From contig JAZDKW010000010.1 in the NCBI GenBank assembly GCA_043802665.1, positions 4,024 to 68,023 on the forward strand: DNA of 64,000 nucleotides. The letters are read 5' to 3'. The position numbers were made by a program, and so were the translations under genes. Each line of letters opens with the position of its first letter. The stretch's first letter is position 1. A model generated the notes under the pieces. The model was not told where the DNA came from. It worked only from the letters and a program-made list of their open reading frames with translations, and searched no databases. This document shows positions 18,795 through 29,931 of this stretch, piece by piece. The stretch comes from Patescibacteria group bacterium. Lineage in GTDB: Bacteria; Patescibacteriota; Kazan-3B-28; UBA10110.

Positions 18795-20252
18795 TTATTT
18801 ACGGAATTTAGTTAAGAAATTATTGAACAGTTTGATAGCGCTCTGATAGATCTGTTCAACGCGATCAGAGAAAAATAGTGTAGTACCGGGCTGGAATGGA
18901 GTTTCTACCTTACCGCCGGTGGACGGAGCTATCGGGGCAGGTGATGATACCACAGGCGGGACGAGAGGTTGGACTGTTTTCGGTTTAGTGAATAATTCCT
19001 TGAGCGTCTTTTTTTGAACAGTAATTATCCATTGCACCTGACTGCGTCCGCTCATCCAAGCTTTATACTCCGCTACTGGTTTAAAATATTCAGTATATGT
19101 TTTGGCTATCCACGGTGCTTTTATCACAAATTCAAAGCGGCCGATCTCGCCGGGTTTAACTACCTTGTTCACCAAGGCTGGCCGATTATTTTTAATCCAA
19201 GAGTTATGGTAAAACCCGCTTCTGCGATCGCGTTTATTATCCGTTCCCAATCGTACAGGATTGGAGCCATCTTGATACCATGTCGCTGTACCAGTGTTTT
19301 TAAATTCAACCCAAAGCACCGCTTCGTCTCCAACTTTCAGTGTGACATCGGGCGACTGTCCAGTTATCTTCTGTTCCGTTTGCAATGGTATTCCATCCCC
19401 TGGCTTAAGAGAAAATTGGTTAACTAAAGTAGCCTCGTAGGTTTCCACTGTCCCGCCTGTGGTTGGCGGAATAATTTTAGTTTTATCTGTGACAGTAATT
19501 AAATGGCGATAACAATCATACTCCCAAAAACTATTGTACACACACAAACGATACGTCCCCACATTCAGAGTATTAGACAAAAGGTCCATTGTCATAAGAT
19601 TTTGACTGTGAGGTTTTTGAACCGGGAAGATAACCTGGTTCAGTATCACCCAAGCGTAATCTTTGAAACCTAACCCCCTAATAATCAATTCCGTGGCGTC
19701 ATCGTGATAAAAATTCATTGGGCTGATACTATCAATCATCGGGTAAGTGGGTAGATAGCCACCGGGGCCACCAGGTGTTTCTGGAACCGCAGAAATCGTG
19801 AACACAGCATCGCTGCTATCCGTGATCGCCGGAACTGTTACACTGCTAACCCGCACTATGGCAGTGGTAGTAGCTGGAGTAGTAACTGGCCAAGGATAGT
19901 CTCCATCATTAACTGTTGAGGCAATCAAAGTTTCCCAATCGCCACCAACAGTTCTTTGCAACTCAATTTTAATACTCGCTATGCTTCCCGTACTAGTCCA
20001 AGTGATATGTTGGGAAGAATCAACTTGCCAATCTTCCCCTCCATTAGGAGCAGTGACAGTAATTGTACCTACATCTAAAATAATAAAGCTAAGATTGGTG
20101 GTGTCGGTGGCGGCTTTGGTTCCCCAAATCCCTAACATCAAAAGACACACGGCAAGAACCGTGATTAGCTCCTTTTCTATCCACCCCCATAAAATATTTT
20201 TGATGTTTGAGATCTGTTTTAGCATCCGCCTTAGATTATGATATTTAATCAT
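18795..20252 (-). CDS. Secreted or anchored protein with Ig-like regions and a C-terminal copy of a repeat (NPxRLGTDNxRDRxSxFYHxSWI…PGExGxFxF) shared with the SpoIID-domain protein at 44403..46757.
   Basis: N-terminal hydrophobic segment; repeat alignment by eye. Confidence 0.45.
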   Translation of the reverse strand: MIKYHNLRRMLKQISNIKNILWGWIEKELITVLAVCLLMLGIWGTKAATDTTNLSFIILDVGTITVTAPNGGEDWQVDSSQHITWTSTGSIASIKIELQRTVGGDWETLIASTVNDGDYPWPVTTPATTTAIVRVSSVTVPAITDSSDAVFTISAVPETPGGPGGYLPTYPMIDSISPMNFYHDDATELIIRGLGFKDYAWVILNQVIFPVQKPHSQNLMTMDLLSNTLNVGTYRLCVYNSFWEYDCYRHLITVTDKTKIIPPTTGGTVETYEATLVNQFSLKPGDGIPLQTEQKITGQSPDVTLKVGDEAVLWVEFKNTGTATWYQDGSNPVRLGTDNKRDRRSGFYHNSWIKNNRPALVNKVVKPGEIGRFEFVIKAPWIAKTYTEYFKPVAEYKAWMSGRSQVQWIITVQKKTLKELFTKPKTVQPLVPPVVSSPAPIAPSTGGKVETPFQPGTTLFFSDRVEQIYQSAIKLFNNFLTKFRK

Positions 20253-20286
20253 TATATCATAAATAATCTATTGCGTCAAGCTTCAT

Positions 20287-20838
20287 TCAGGAGACAAATC
20301 GGGATATTTTTAAGTAAAATCGCCACGGTCTTTTCGCATATTGCTTAGCGTAGGCCACTCCCCGCCGATTCGAGCGACCCAACTGCTTTGGTAACATTGC
20401 CCAGCCATCGTCTTCCACCCAAAGTCCGCGGGATTTACCTAATTTCTGACAATTCAAGCGGCGATCAATTTCAAGTTCTCTACATAGCCGGCCCGGCCCG
20501 ATTGGTTTTTGATTAGTCTCGAATAAGGGTTCAACCGAACGAATGAGAACAGCTTCGGCCTCCCCTTCTTCTGCTGTAACTAAATTCAAACAATGATACA
20601 TTCCGTAAATTAAATACACATAGATGTACCCCGCCGGGCCAAACATAATTTCCGTACGACGAGTTTTTCCTTTGGCGGCATGACAAGCTAAATCTTTGGC
20701 TCCACAGTAAGCTTCAACTTCCGTGATGCGATACCGAAAAATACCCCCCGGCAAATGACGTACTAAAACCTTGCCAATCAAAGCAGGGGCAACCAGCAGA
20801 GTCGGCCGAGCAAACCAGTTGGCTTTAAGCATTTTCAT
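20287..20838 (-). CDS. 3-methyladenine DNA glycosylase (AAG/MPG family).
   Basis: ITEVEAYCGAKDLACHAAKGKTRRTEIMFGPAGYIYVYLIYGMYHCLNLVT. Confidence 0.8.
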   Translation of the reverse strand: MKMLKANWFARPTLLVAPALIGKVLVRHLPGGIFRYRITEVEAYCGAKDLACHAAKGKTRRTEIMFGPAGYIYVYLIYGMYHCLNLVTAEEGEAEAVLIRSVEPLFETNQKPIGPGRLCRELEIDRRLNCQKLGKSRGLWVEDDGWAMLPKQLGRSNRRGVAYAKQYAKRPWRFYLKISRFVS

Positions 20839-21808
20839 GCGTGTGCATCTCCGAGGCCACCGGTTGGGTCATATTGTTTCCATTAGTGATAGTGGCAAAA
20901 ATCATTTTACCGGCAATAGTTTGAAAAACTCGCGTGACTAAAACTGTAACGTCTTGCCCAATAAACCGCTGGCCATTTTCTACCACCACCATTGTGCCAT
21001 CCTCTAAGTATCCTACGCCCTGATGCCGATCCTTTCCTTCTTGAATTAATTTAATCTGTAGTTCTTCTCCGGGTAAAACTACTGGCCGCAATGCGTTGTT
21101 CAATTCGTTCACGTTCAACACCATTACATTTTGAATTTGGGCCACCTGATTTAGATTATAATCCACTGTCATCAACCGAGTCCGGCGTTTTTTAGCCAAT
21201 CTAATAATTTTAGCATCTACTTCTAATTCAGTGGGAAAATCATCGTCAATTACAGCTACGGTCACTCCTTTTTCCTTGCGCAATTCCCCTAACACGTCCA
21301 GTCCGCGGCGACCCCGGCTCCGGCGGAGATCATCGGCCGAATCAGCGATATTTTGCAACTCCGTCAGAACAAAGCGCGGCACCAAGAGACGACCCGACAA
21401 AAATCCCGTTCGCACAATCTCTAAGACCCGACCATCAATAATCGCAGAGGTATCTATCAAAATATCTTCAGAGGTTGCTGGTGGCAAGATTTCCCGTTTA
21501 GTAATTGTCGCTAAAAAGCTAAATAAATTGGCAAAGAACTTTATGATTGATTTACGCTGGTTGTAAAAATATGTCGTTACAACCGCGGCGCTAAACACGT
21601 TAATCGCCAGTGGCACCCACTGGCCAAATGGATCCCGTAAGCGAGCCAGCGGTAACGAGATAAGGGTCCCTATCGACAAGCCCAAAATCACACCAGTGAT
21701 GATAATGGCAAAGTCGGCCGATTTAATTCCAATCGACCGCCGTACAAAAATTAAGTACGCAGTTAACAAGACTACAACAATCCCCCCGAGAATTTGTCCT
21801 ACTAACAT
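20825..21808 (-). CDS. PIN plus TRAM domain protein (YacL-like) with N-terminal TM helices.
   Basis: ILIDTSAIIDGRVLEIVRTGFLSGRLLVPRFVLTELQNIAD (PIN) and a C-terminal TRAM-like beta region. Confidence 0.65.
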   Translation of the reverse strand: MLVGQILGGIVVVLLTAYLIFVRRSIGIKSADFAIIITGVILGLSIGTLISLPLARLRDPFGQWVPLAINVFSAAVVTTYFYNQRKSIIKFFANLFSFLATITKREILPPATSEDILIDTSAIIDGRVLEIVRTGFLSGRLLVPRFVLTELQNIADSADDLRRSRGRRGLDVLGELRKEKGVTVAVIDDDFPTELEVDAKIIRLAKKRRTRLMTVDYNLNQVAQIQNVMVLNVNELNNALRPVVLPGEELQIKLIQEGKDRHQGVGYLEDGTMVVVENGQRFIGQDVTVLVTRVFQTIAGKMIFATITNGNNMTQPVASEMHTHENA

Positions 21809-21861
21809 AGGTGATAAAAAATAATTAAAGATAAATCCCTAAAAATTGTCTAAAGAACAAT

Positions 21862-24363
21862 CTATTTAATTACCTTGGCTTTAGCCTTAACACGTGCTTT
21901 TACGCTACTAATCGCCAATTTTCCTTGTTTAACATCAACTTTTACCGTGCTACCTTTTTTGAAATTGCCATTCAGAATTCCCTCTGCTAACGTGTCTTCA
22001 ACAGTGTTTTGAATGACTCGGCGAATTGGGCGTGCTCCACTATCCGGATCAAAACCTTGATCAGCAATCAATTGGCGAGCAACGAGGCTGACTTCTAAAA
22101 CAATACGTTGAGAAGTTAACCGCTGAGTTAACTGATTTAACTGTAAATCAACGATAGCACGAATATTGTCTTTGCTTAGTGGATGAAACACGATAATCTT
22201 GTCTACCCTGTTGAGAAACTCTGGACGAAAAGTCTTTTTCAAATCATTCATTACCTGATCCTGCAGATTTTGGTATGCAGTAGCGGATTGCTGATCGCTC
22301 TGTCCAAAACCAATCACTGCCTGCCGATTTAACAGGCCAGTGCCCACATTAGAAGTCATAATAACAATAGTATTTTTAAACGATACCCGGCGGCCTTTAG
22401 CGTCAGATAGGAAACCATCTTCTAAAATTTGGAGTAGAATATTCATTACGTCGGGATGCGCTTTTTCCACCTCATCCAAAAGGACTACCGCATAAGGCTT
22501 ACGCCGGATGGCCTCAGTGAGTCGGCCTCCTTCCTCATAGCCGACATAACCAGCCGGTGCTCCGATCAAACGCGCTACATTATGTTTTTCCATAAACTCG
22601 CTCATATCAATCCGGACGAGCGCGCTTTTATCCTTAAATATCTCTTCAGCTAAGGCTTTAGCCAGTTCAGTCTTGCCCACGCCAGTAGGGCCCAGGAACA
22701 TAAACGAACCCATGGGCCGGTCGGGATTGCCAATCTGCACCCGGGAACGCCGGATCGCAGCCGCCACAGCCTTCACCGCCTCGCCCTGTCCGATAATCTT
22801 GTTCTTTAAGGCCTCTTCTAAGTTAGATAGGGTTTGTACTTCTTCGCCGGCTAATTCACCTACGGGAATGTTTGTCCAGAGAGACACTACTTGGGCAATT
22901 TCTTTAGGCGTGACTCGAGGCCAAGTAGTTTTGTTCCCGTTGGCGGATTCTTTTTGGGCAGCTTCAATTCTCTTTTGCAGACGTAATTCCTGGGCACGCA
23001 ACTTAGCCGCTTTCTCGTAATCCTGTGCTTCCACTGCCGCCTCTTTTTCCTTAGCAACATTTTCAATCTGAGTTTTTTCTTCGGAGTTGTTCGCCTGCGT
23101 CAAACCAGCCGCAATCCGCACGGCGGAAGCCGCCTCATCAATTAAATCGATGGCCTTATCTGGCAAGTAGCGATCGTTGATGTAACGAACCGACAACCCC
23201 ACGGCCGCTTCAATGGTATCTACTGGAATAATCACTTTATGGTAACCTTCGTATTTCTCTTTTATACCCATTAAAATTCCGATTGTCTCTTGCGGGGTAG
23301 GCTCGTTTACTAAAATAGGTTGGAAACGACGTTCCAAAGCCGCATCCTTTTCGATATGTTTGCGGTATTCTTCTAAAGTCGTGGCTCCGATCATTTGCAA
23401 ATCCCCTCTGGCTAAAGCCGGTTTTAAAATATTAGCGGCGTCTAAACTTCCCTCTGCGCTACCGGCACCAACCAGTGTGTGTAATTCATCCACAAATAGG
23501 ATTACGTCTTTAGCTTTAGCTACCTCGGCCACAATTTGATTAATCCTTTCTTCGAACTCACCTCGGTATTTGGTGCCAGCCACCATCGCCGAAGGGTTTA
23601 ATACCATGATTCTTTTGCCAGCAATGTTTTCCGGCACTTCCTTATTTACTGTTTTGATTGCCAAACCTTCAACAATGGCAGTTTTTCCGATACCCGGATC
23701 GCCAATGAGTACAGGATTGTTTTTAGTGCGACGATTAAGAATTTGGATAACCCGCTGAATTTCTTTATCCCGCCCTACTATTGGATCCACTTTTCCAGAT
23801 TTGGCTAAGCTTGTTAAATCAATGCTAAAAGTATCTAAAATCGGGGTGCTGGATTTATTCGCCCCCCGAGCCCGACGGCCATCAGCTGTGCGCTCTCCCA
23901 TCGCCACCGTACTCTCTTGCACGCTCGCCTGGACTGCTTCTGCAGCTAATTGGGCTATCTCGGTAGGCGCCGCTCCCAACTCTTGTATTACTTGGAATGC
24001 CTTGGCTTGGTTGTCCTGCATCATTGCTAACAATAAGTGTTCTGTCCCAATGTAGTAACTACCATACTGAGCGGCAATTAACACCGCTGTCTCTACTAAA
24101 CGACGCGCTCCCGGAGTAAGGCCAACTTTGGTAATTATCTCCTCCTTACGCGACAGATTAATCACCATATCTACTTTTTCGGAGCTAACTCCCAAACTAC
24201 CTAAAATCTCAAAAGCTGTCCCGCTTTTGATGTTAAGCATAGCTAAAAGTAGGTGTTCAGTGCCCAAATGAGCCGACCCTAAATCCCGTGCCACCTTCTG
24301 CGCATTCGTGAGAACTTTCTTGGCATTGGTGGTAAATTTATCTAAATAGTTGTTACCATTCAT
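21862..24363 (-). CDS. clpC: ATP-dependent Clp protease ATP-binding subunit ClpC (Clp_N repeats, two AAA+ modules).
   Basis: Walker [11 protein letters not shown] and [15 protein letters not shown]; length 833 aa. Confidence 0.92.
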   Translation of the reverse strand: MNGNNYLDKFTTNAKKVLTNAQKVARDLGSAHLGTEHLLLAMLNIKSGTAFEILGSLGVSSEKVDMVINLSRKEEIITKVGLTPGARRLVETAVLIAAQYGSYYIGTEHLLLAMMQDNQAKAFQVIQELGAAPTEIAQLAAEAVQASVQESTVAMGERTADGRRARGANKSSTPILDTFSIDLTSLAKSGKVDPIVGRDKEIQRVIQILNRRTKNNPVLIGDPGIGKTAIVEGLAIKTVNKEVPENIAGKRIMVLNPSAMVAGTKYRGEFEERINQIVAEVAKAKDVILFVDELHTLVGAGSAEGSLDAANILKPALARGDLQMIGATTLEEYRKHIEKDAALERRFQPILVNEPTPQETIGILMGIKEKYEGYHKVIIPVDTIEAAVGLSVRYINDRYLPDKAIDLIDEAASAVRIAAGLTQANNSEEKTQIENVAKEKEAAVEAQDYEKAAKLRAQELRLQKRIEAAQKESANGNKTTWPRVTPKEIAQVVSLWTNIPVGELAGEEVQTLSNLEEALKNKIIGQGEAVKAVAAAIRRSRVQIGNPDRPMGSFMFLGPTGVGKTELAKALAEEIFKDKSALVRIDMSEFMEKHNVARLIGAPAGYVGYEEGGRLTEAIRRKPYAVVLLDEVEKAHPDVMNILLQILEDGFLSDAKGRRVSFKNTIVIMTSNVGTGLLNRQAVIGFGQSDQQSATAYQNLQDQVMNDLKKTFRPEFLNRVDKIIVFHPLSKDNIRAIVDLQLNQLTQRLTSQRIVLEVSLVARQLIADQGFDPDSGARPIRRVIQNTVEDTLAEGILNGNFKKGSTVKVDVKQGKLAISSVKARVKAKAKVIK

Positions 24364-24393
24364 AATCTATTTATACCACTTTTAGTAGATGCT

Positions 24394-25644
24394 CTAAGCC
24401 TCTTCCGATGAAGAGGAAGGATTTTCTGGTTCTGTGGCAGAAGGTTCATCCGGAGCAGGAACCGCTTCTTCTGACGTGGGTTCCGAATTGGTCTCTGCGG
24501 AAACTTCCGATATTGCTTCTGACTCGGGACGAACTTCCTCTTTTTCCGAAACTAAAGGAATCTCGGTGTTACCTGTGCTTTCTTGAGCCATTCCCGCCGC
24601 AACGACTGGTGGCATTCCTTCCTTATCAACCTCTATTTGATAACCCGCCAATTTGCTAGCCAAACGTACATTCTGCCCGGACTTACCAATAGCTAAGGAT
24701 AATTGGTCGCTATCCACTCTAATTTTGGCCATTTTAGTTTTCTCGTCCAACTCTACCTCTCGGACTTTGGCTGGTGCTAAAGCATTCACGATAAAAGTTT
24801 TGGGATCGGGATCCCATAATACAATGTCTATTTTCTCATCTCCAATCTCTGCCATAACTGCTTGTACCCGTACTCCCCGACGACCAACCAACGAGCCCAC
24901 CGGATCGATCGCCTCTTGATTGGAAACTACTGCTACTTTCGAGCGGACACCTGCTTCTCTGGCAATAACTTTTAGTTCTACCGTCCCAGCCACAATCTCG
25001 GGCACTTCCATTTCGAACAACCGTCGCACCATATCCGGATGGGCGCGCGACAGGATAACTTGCGGGTCTTTACCGCTGGTCTGCACTTCTACTACATATA
25101 CTTTCAAGCGCTGGCCAACATAGTAGCGATCAGATTTGGATTGCTCGGAAGGAAACAAAATTCCTGATGCCTTGCCAATATCCACCATCACAACATCTCC
25201 TTCAATCCGCTGAATAGTTCCAGAAATAAGCTGGCCTTCTTTTGATTTATATTCCTGATAAATTACATCCCGCTCTGCTTCCCGCAATCTTTGCAAAATT
25301 ACTTGTTTGGCAGTTTGCGCGGCCACACGGCCATATTCGGCTGGAGGGAAAACCTCTTCCCTAATCTCTCCGCCAATCTCAGCATCGGGCTCAATCTTCT
25401 TTGCCTCCTCTAAAGAAATCTCCCGCATTGGCTCTTCTACTGTTTCAACAATTTTATGCACAATAAACAACCGCATCTTCTCGGTCGTGGGATCAATGCT
25501 GGCCGCGATAATTTGTTCTTTTTGGCCAAAATCCTTGCGATAAGCCGCAGCAATCGCCGCTTCTACCGTTTCTAAGATAACTTCTTTGCTAATGCCCTTT
25601 TCATCAGCAATCTGATTGATAGCTGAAATAAATTGTGAATCCAT
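24394..25644 (-). CDS. nusA: Transcription termination/antitermination factor NusA with an acidic C-terminal tail. The ORF extends to 25683, but the probable start is MDSQFISAINQIADEKGISKEV.
   Basis: S1 and KH domains are recognisable (…IQRIEGDVVMVDIGK…, …SLAIGKSGQNVRLASKLAGYQIEV…). Confidence 0.9.
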   Translation of the reverse strand: MDSQFISAINQIADEKGISKEVILETVEAAIAAAYRKDFGQKEQIIAASIDPTTEKMRLFIVHKIVETVEEPMREISLEEAKKIEPDAEIGGEIREEVFPPAEYGRVAAQTAKQVILQRLREAERDVIYQEYKSKEGQLISGTIQRIEGDVVMVDIGKASGILFPSEQSKSDRYYVGQRLKVYVVEVQTSGKDPQVILSRAHPDMVRRLFEMEVPEIVAGTVELKVIAREAGVRSKVAVVSNQEAIDPVGSLVGRRGVRVQAVMAEIGDEKIDIVLWDPDPKTFIVNALAPAKVREVELDEKTKMAKIRVDSDQLSLAIGKSGQNVRLASKLAGYQIEVDKEGMPPVVAAGMAQESTGNTEIPLVSEKEEVRPESEAISEVSAETNSEPTSEEAVPAPDEPSATEPENPSSSSEEA

Positions 25645-25726
25645 GATTACTCCCTTAAGTTTTAAAAAAGTGGGCGCACCCACTTCCAGACTATTTTTAG
25701 TTTAATATAGTTTTCTCGGGGTGTCA

Positions 25727-25828
25727 ACCCCATTAGAAGTAATGCTCCATTTTGCGCTCGATAATCCAAGGGGGGGGTTAAGTTTCTCTAAAAATTCATT
25801 GTCTGGCAAGAGAGAAACTTCTAACGGG
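25727..25828. repeat. Inverted repeat CCCCATTAGAAG … CTTCTAACGGGG (copy B of the CCCGTTAGAAG family), upstream of nusA.
   Basis: Read directly; one mismatch between arms; extended arms TCAACCCC(A/G)TTAGAAGT. Confidence 0.55.
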
Positions 25829-25842
25829 GTCAACCGGATCTC

Positions 25843-26196
25843 CTAAAAAGCGTGGGGAATAAAATTAACCTGGTAACAACGCCGTTTCTCATGATAGAGT
25901 ACCTCCACTACCCCAAATGCCACCACCCCCTCATGTTTATTCATCATTAAGTAATACAGGGCAATCTGGCGAAGTTTGGCTTGTTTGGTGGGAGTGACCG
26001 CCTCCGCTGGCCAACCGTAAGCCGTAGTCGTGCGGGTCTTTACTTCAATGAAATATAATATGCCACGATGAAGAGCGATGATATCAACTTCGCCTATAGG
26101 ACAACGGTAGTTAGTTGCCTGGAGGCGAAAACCTTGGGTGACCAGAAACTTCCCCGCTACTTTCTCTCCAACCTGACCTAAGCTTATCGTTAACAA
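25843..26196 (-). CDS. YraN-family (UPF0102) endonuclease.
   Basis: GEKVAGKFLVTQGFRLQATNYRCPIGEVDIIAL…YFIEVKTR. Confidence 0.7.
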   Translation of the reverse strand: MLTISLGQVGEKVAGKFLVTQGFRLQATNYRCPIGEVDIIALHRGILYFIEVKTRTTTAYGWPAEAVTPTKQAKLRQIALYYLMMNKHEGVVAFGVVEVLYHEKRRCYQVNFIPHAF

Positions 26197-26867
26197 GACA
26201 TCTCTAAATTAGCGTGATAAGAAACGGCTTGTTTAATAGGTTGATAGCTTTTACGATGCCACTCACAGATACCAATTTCTTTTAATTTCATTTGGTGGAA
26301 AGGTGTACCATAACCTTTATTAATATGGAAATTATAATGCGGAACCAATAAATGGATTTCCCTCATCATCCGATCTCGGGCTACTTTGGCTACAATTGAA
26401 GCGGCGGCGATAGAAACCGATTTGCGATCGCCATCAATAATACCCTGGGATGGCACTTCAGCAAAACCTACCTTAAATCCATCAACTAAAATATACTGGG
26501 GCGAACAGGACAAATTACCCACCGCTCGGCGCATAGCTAAATAGGTTGCTCGGCCTACTCCTAAATCATCAACTTCACTGGTTTCGGAGATACCAATACC
26601 AATATCCACTGCCAACTGGTAGATCTTTTCCAATAAAAGCTCTCGTTGCAACGGCGTTAGCAGTTTGGAATCATTAATGCCATAGTAATACTTTAAATGC
26701 GGCAGGACAACGGCCGCCGCCACTACCGGACCAGCCCAAGCTCCCCGCCCAGCCTCATCTACCCCCGCAATTGCTAAGTAACCCTCCTTTTGGAGTGTTT
26801 TCTCGACTCTAAGATTGGGAATCTTCTGTTTTCTGGCCAACATTTTCCTTCCCTTGCAGTGTATCAT
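26190..26867 (-). CDS. rnhB: Ribonuclease HII.
   Basis: [21 protein letters not shown]…DSKLL. Confidence 0.9.
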   Translation of the reverse strand: MIHCKGRKMLARKQKIPNLRVEKTLQKEGYLAIAGVDEAGRGAWAGPVVAAAVVLPHLKYYYGINDSKLLTPLQRELLLEKIYQLAVDIGIGISETSEVDDLGVGRATYLAMRRAVGNLSCSPQYILVDGFKVGFAEVPSQGIIDGDRKSVSIAAASIVAKVARDRMMREIHLLVPHYNFHINKGYGTPFHQMKLKEIGICEWHRKSYQPIKQAVSYHANLEMSC

Positions 26868-27387
26868 CTTTTACCTCTGCGGGGGATTGCTCTTCAACCA
26901 CTTCTGATTCAGTTTCAGTGTTAGTCTGGTCAGCAACGGCGGTTTCCTTTTCTTTTTCCTTCGCGGCCTCAACCGCTTCGGCTAATATCTCTTCTGTGAG
27001 CTCTTCGGGCTCCGCAGTCTTAACCACCAATTGCCACACGTCTTGGTCAATCTTCTTTTCTTTCATCTTAAGAGATTTGCCTGACAAATTGCGTAGATAA
27101 TAAAGCTTGGCCCGACGTATTTCCGACCCTTTTTTGAACTCAATTTTTACCACGCTGGGAGACTGTAGCGGATAAGTTTTTTCCACCCCTACTCCATAGG
27201 AAATTTTACGCACAGTGAAAGTGGCGTTGGGACCAGACTTACCATGGGTTTTGATGACAATACCTTCAAATACCTGGATTCTCTCCTTAGTGCCTTCCTT
27301 GATCTTCTGGTGCACACGGACAATATCTCCCGGGTGAACCTCAGGGAGGTCTTTGGTTTTGACTGATTGTTTTAACATTCCTGCCAT
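26809..27387 (-). CDS. rplS: Ribosomal protein bL19 with an acidic C-terminal extension.
   Basis: [58 protein letters not shown]. Confidence 0.85.
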   Translation of the reverse strand: MAGMLKQSVKTKDLPEVHPGDIVRVHQKIKEGTKERIQVFEGIVIKTHGKSGPNATFTVRKISYGVGVEKTYPLQSPSVVKIEFKKGSEIRRAKLYYLRNLSGKSLKMKEKKIDQDVWQLVVKTAEPEELTEEILAEAVEAAKEKEKETAVADQTNTETESEVVEEQSPAEVKDDTLQGKENVGQKTEDSQS

Positions 27388-27517
27388 AGGAGTTATTATC
27401 TTAATCTCCCGCTATGGTAGCAGAAAAAAAGCTATGAGGCAAGTCCACCAATTAAGCATGAAAATAGGGGTGGATCTCCACCCCTCAAAAAAACAAATGA
27501 ACACCAGTTAAGCCCTG

Positions 27518-27868
27518 CTAACCCCCTTCCGGGAAAAGGTCCTTGACCCGACCTTTGAATCCCTCTTTTAGCAGACACATGTGCCTGCCCCGATGCCGTC
27601 CTCCAGTAATTTTTTTAAGGACGGCCAACCGCTCGACGCTGCTAAGCACTGTTTCGATGTCCCCATCTGGCCATCCTTGTTGGCTCAAACGTTTTTGCAC
27701 CTCAGGCGCAAAAGACTTCGGGTCATCAAATATCCGTCCATTTAGGACACTGTGAAGATGCTTTCGGCGGTCACTGGGTTTAATACTTTTCCCATTAGCT
27801 GGTGTTTCTGACAATTCTCCGCCTCCTTGGAGAAAAAATGATAGATAATGTGCTGGGTGGTTGTTCAC
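27518..27868 (-). CDS. Hypothetical protein.
   Basis: 116-aa ORF followed by hairpin terminator AGGGGTGGAgaTCCACCCCT; no motif recognised. Confidence 0.3.
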   Translation of the reverse strand: MNNHPAHYLSFFLQGGGELSETPANGKSIKPSDRRKHLHSVLNGRIFDDPKSFAPEVQKRLSQQGWPDGDIETVLSSVERLAVLKKITGGRHRGRHMCLLKEGFKGRVKDLFPEGG

Positions 27869-27923
27869 CCTATCAAGCGCATTCTAACAAATAAAAGCAC
27901 TCTGGTAAACAAAATCCCGCCCA

Positions 27924-29897
27924 TTACAACTTATGAGCGGGGTTTAAATCTAAATTACAAGCGTTGGAGACAACTTCGCTGACTTCGTAGTCGAAGTTAA
28001 GCGAAAAATTATCTATCTTGCTGGTTAGGCTGAATAAGTAAATGCCTGGGTTATGATCAATTTCATTGGGAAGTTCCAGGTACAAAGCATATTCATCAGC
28101 TTGATCCAATACAGCCGATTGTAGAGATAAGTTCCGACTGGTTGACCAGCAAAAATTAAAATTGTCCCAAGTAAAGGACTCGCCACTGGTAGCATCTGCA
28201 GGAGTAATCTCAAATGAGATGTTAGACTCCAGCCAGTTAGAAACAATGGACATGCGGTATTTATCTTTCTGGCCAGAAATCGCCACTACTCCACTCACCA
28301 ATCCTCGAGCCAAAAATAATCCTTGGCAATTCGCTAAAACCTTTTTCACCCGAGATAAATCTTTGTTGCGGGCCCGTGGGCTGACAACATACAAATTAGT
28401 GGTGCCGTCACTGGCTTGGGCCACAAAATAAATGCGGCCGAGCAAACCTTTAGTCACCCAGAGTGGTGGACAGATTAGTTTGACATCTTTGACTATGCAA
28501 TATTGCTTTTGCTTGGCAAAACGCCAGGTGCATAGTCCAGCGCCACTCTCGTAAGTCATCCACTCACCGTTAGGCGACCAATCCGCATAGCGGCCAGCAG
28601 TAACTGGTGTCGCTTGGAGGCCTTCGGAGATTCTATAGACAGTCTGTTGACTACTAAAGACTATCGAGTCTCCGTTAGGGGAAAATCGCGGGTATTCACA
28701 TTGTTGGCCCAGGTCAAATTCTTTCACAGTTGACCATTGGTTATTGGCTAATGCCAGATTGCCTTGATGCACATAGGCAAACCGGCACTCAGACAAGTCT
28801 GCCAAGGTAAGATTAATCTCTGGTAGAGTTGGCAGATTGATTTGGGAAAGAGAATTATTATCTGCCTCTGGCAAATTAGGAATCACTTCACTCTCGGCAA
28901 ATTCTGGGCTCAATTGCAGAACCTGATCTAACCACTTTAGGGTAGCTCGGTCTAAAGTCATATCTAACTTTCCCGTAATCAAATCATAGTGGTCGTAATC
29001 CTCCCACACTTGTGTCTGTGCCCCCATGGTGGCTGATGACACCGGGACAACACCGTCACTTTCCTGATCGCTTTTCGAACGCTGGTTCCACTTGCAATGG
29101 GAGATAATCAGAGCTAAACTCTCGGCAAATTTACGGTTACTGCTTTCAAAACCAGTACCCGCCAAAAAATCCGCACCAATATCTCCAATAATATCTAAGA
29201 TATTATATGCCAGTTTGGCTGGAGAACATGGCTTAATCCGTCCAGCGTATAACATTAACTGGCTACGAGATTGGCCCGTCTCGGCATAATTGTTGTGTAG
29301 CCACTCGCTTCCATTTGCCCATTGATCAAGAGAGTTAGACAGGGTCTCTCCAACCTTATTACCCACGATACTTTTTACTGCCGCGTCTCGCACCGATTTA
29401 GTGGCTAAAGGACTCCCCAATACTGGGGCTCCCAATAACACACCACCTTTGACGAGATTGTAGCGTTGATCGAGCAGCCAACAGACTAAGCCACCCTCGC
29501 TATACCCCACCACGGCGATTTTCTTACCGTGCAAAGCAGAGTTAGAACAAATTTGTCGTGCCAAATCTGCGGCAATATCTTCTGGTGATTGCTGAGGATA
29601 ATATCCATACAACCAATATTCAGCCACCTCAGAAGTTGATTTGCCAAACATTTCGTCATGCCCGATAGTTTCAAAATTAGTGATTTTGAAACTAAAGATT
29701 TCTTCCAGTAACTTCCGGTCAGGACCGGTTTCTGGAATATCCAGACGGCGACCGTGCACAAACAAAATTACCTTGTCACTGGAAACCGTTTGCTGAGACC
29801 AGTGATACAATACCCCCGAATAAGAATTCGCTTCGGTGGTTTGGCAGATACATAGCAGAATACCGAACAGAGCGACCAAAACAAGACGACACCTCAC
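27924..29897 (-). CDS. Secreted alpha/beta-hydrolase (lipase/esterase-like GxSxG) fused to a TolB/PD40-like beta-propeller.
   Basis: Signal peptide; nucleophile elbow GYSEGG; C-terminal FSPNGDSIVF…YADWSPNGEWM PD40-like repeats. Confidence 0.5.
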   Translation of the reverse strand: MRCRLVLVALFGILLCICQTTEANSYSGVLYHWSQQTVSSDKVILFVHGRRLDIPETGPDRKLLEEIFSFKITNFETIGHDEMFGKSTSEVAEYWLYGYYPQQSPEDIAADLARQICSNSALHGKKIAVVGYSEGGLVCWLLDQRYNLVKGGVLLGAPVLGSPLATKSVRDAAVKSIVGNKVGETLSNSLDQWANGSEWLHNNYAETGQSRSQLMLYAGRIKPCSPAKLAYNILDIIGDIGADFLAGTGFESSNRKFAESLALIISHCKWNQRSKSDQESDGVVPVSSATMGAQTQVWEDYDHYDLITGKLDMTLDRATLKWLDQVLQLSPEFAESEVIPNLPEADNNSLSQINLPTLPEINLTLADLSECRFAYVHQGNLALANNQWSTVKEFDLGQQCEYPRFSPNGDSIVFSSQQTVYRISEGLQATPVTAGRYADWSPNGEWMTYESGAGLCTWRFAKQKQYCIVKDVKLICPPLWVTKGLLGRIYFVAQASDGTTNLYVVSPRARNKDLSRVKKVLANCQGLFLARGLVSGVVAISGQKDKYRMSIVSNWLESNISFEITPADATSGESFTWDNFNFCWSTSRNLSLQSAVLDQADEYALYLELPNEIDHNPGIYLFSLTSKIDNFSLNFDYEVSEVVSNACNLDLNPAHKL

Positions 29898-29931
29898 TCA
29901 TCATCACCTCCTTATTGTAATTGTTGAGTTT

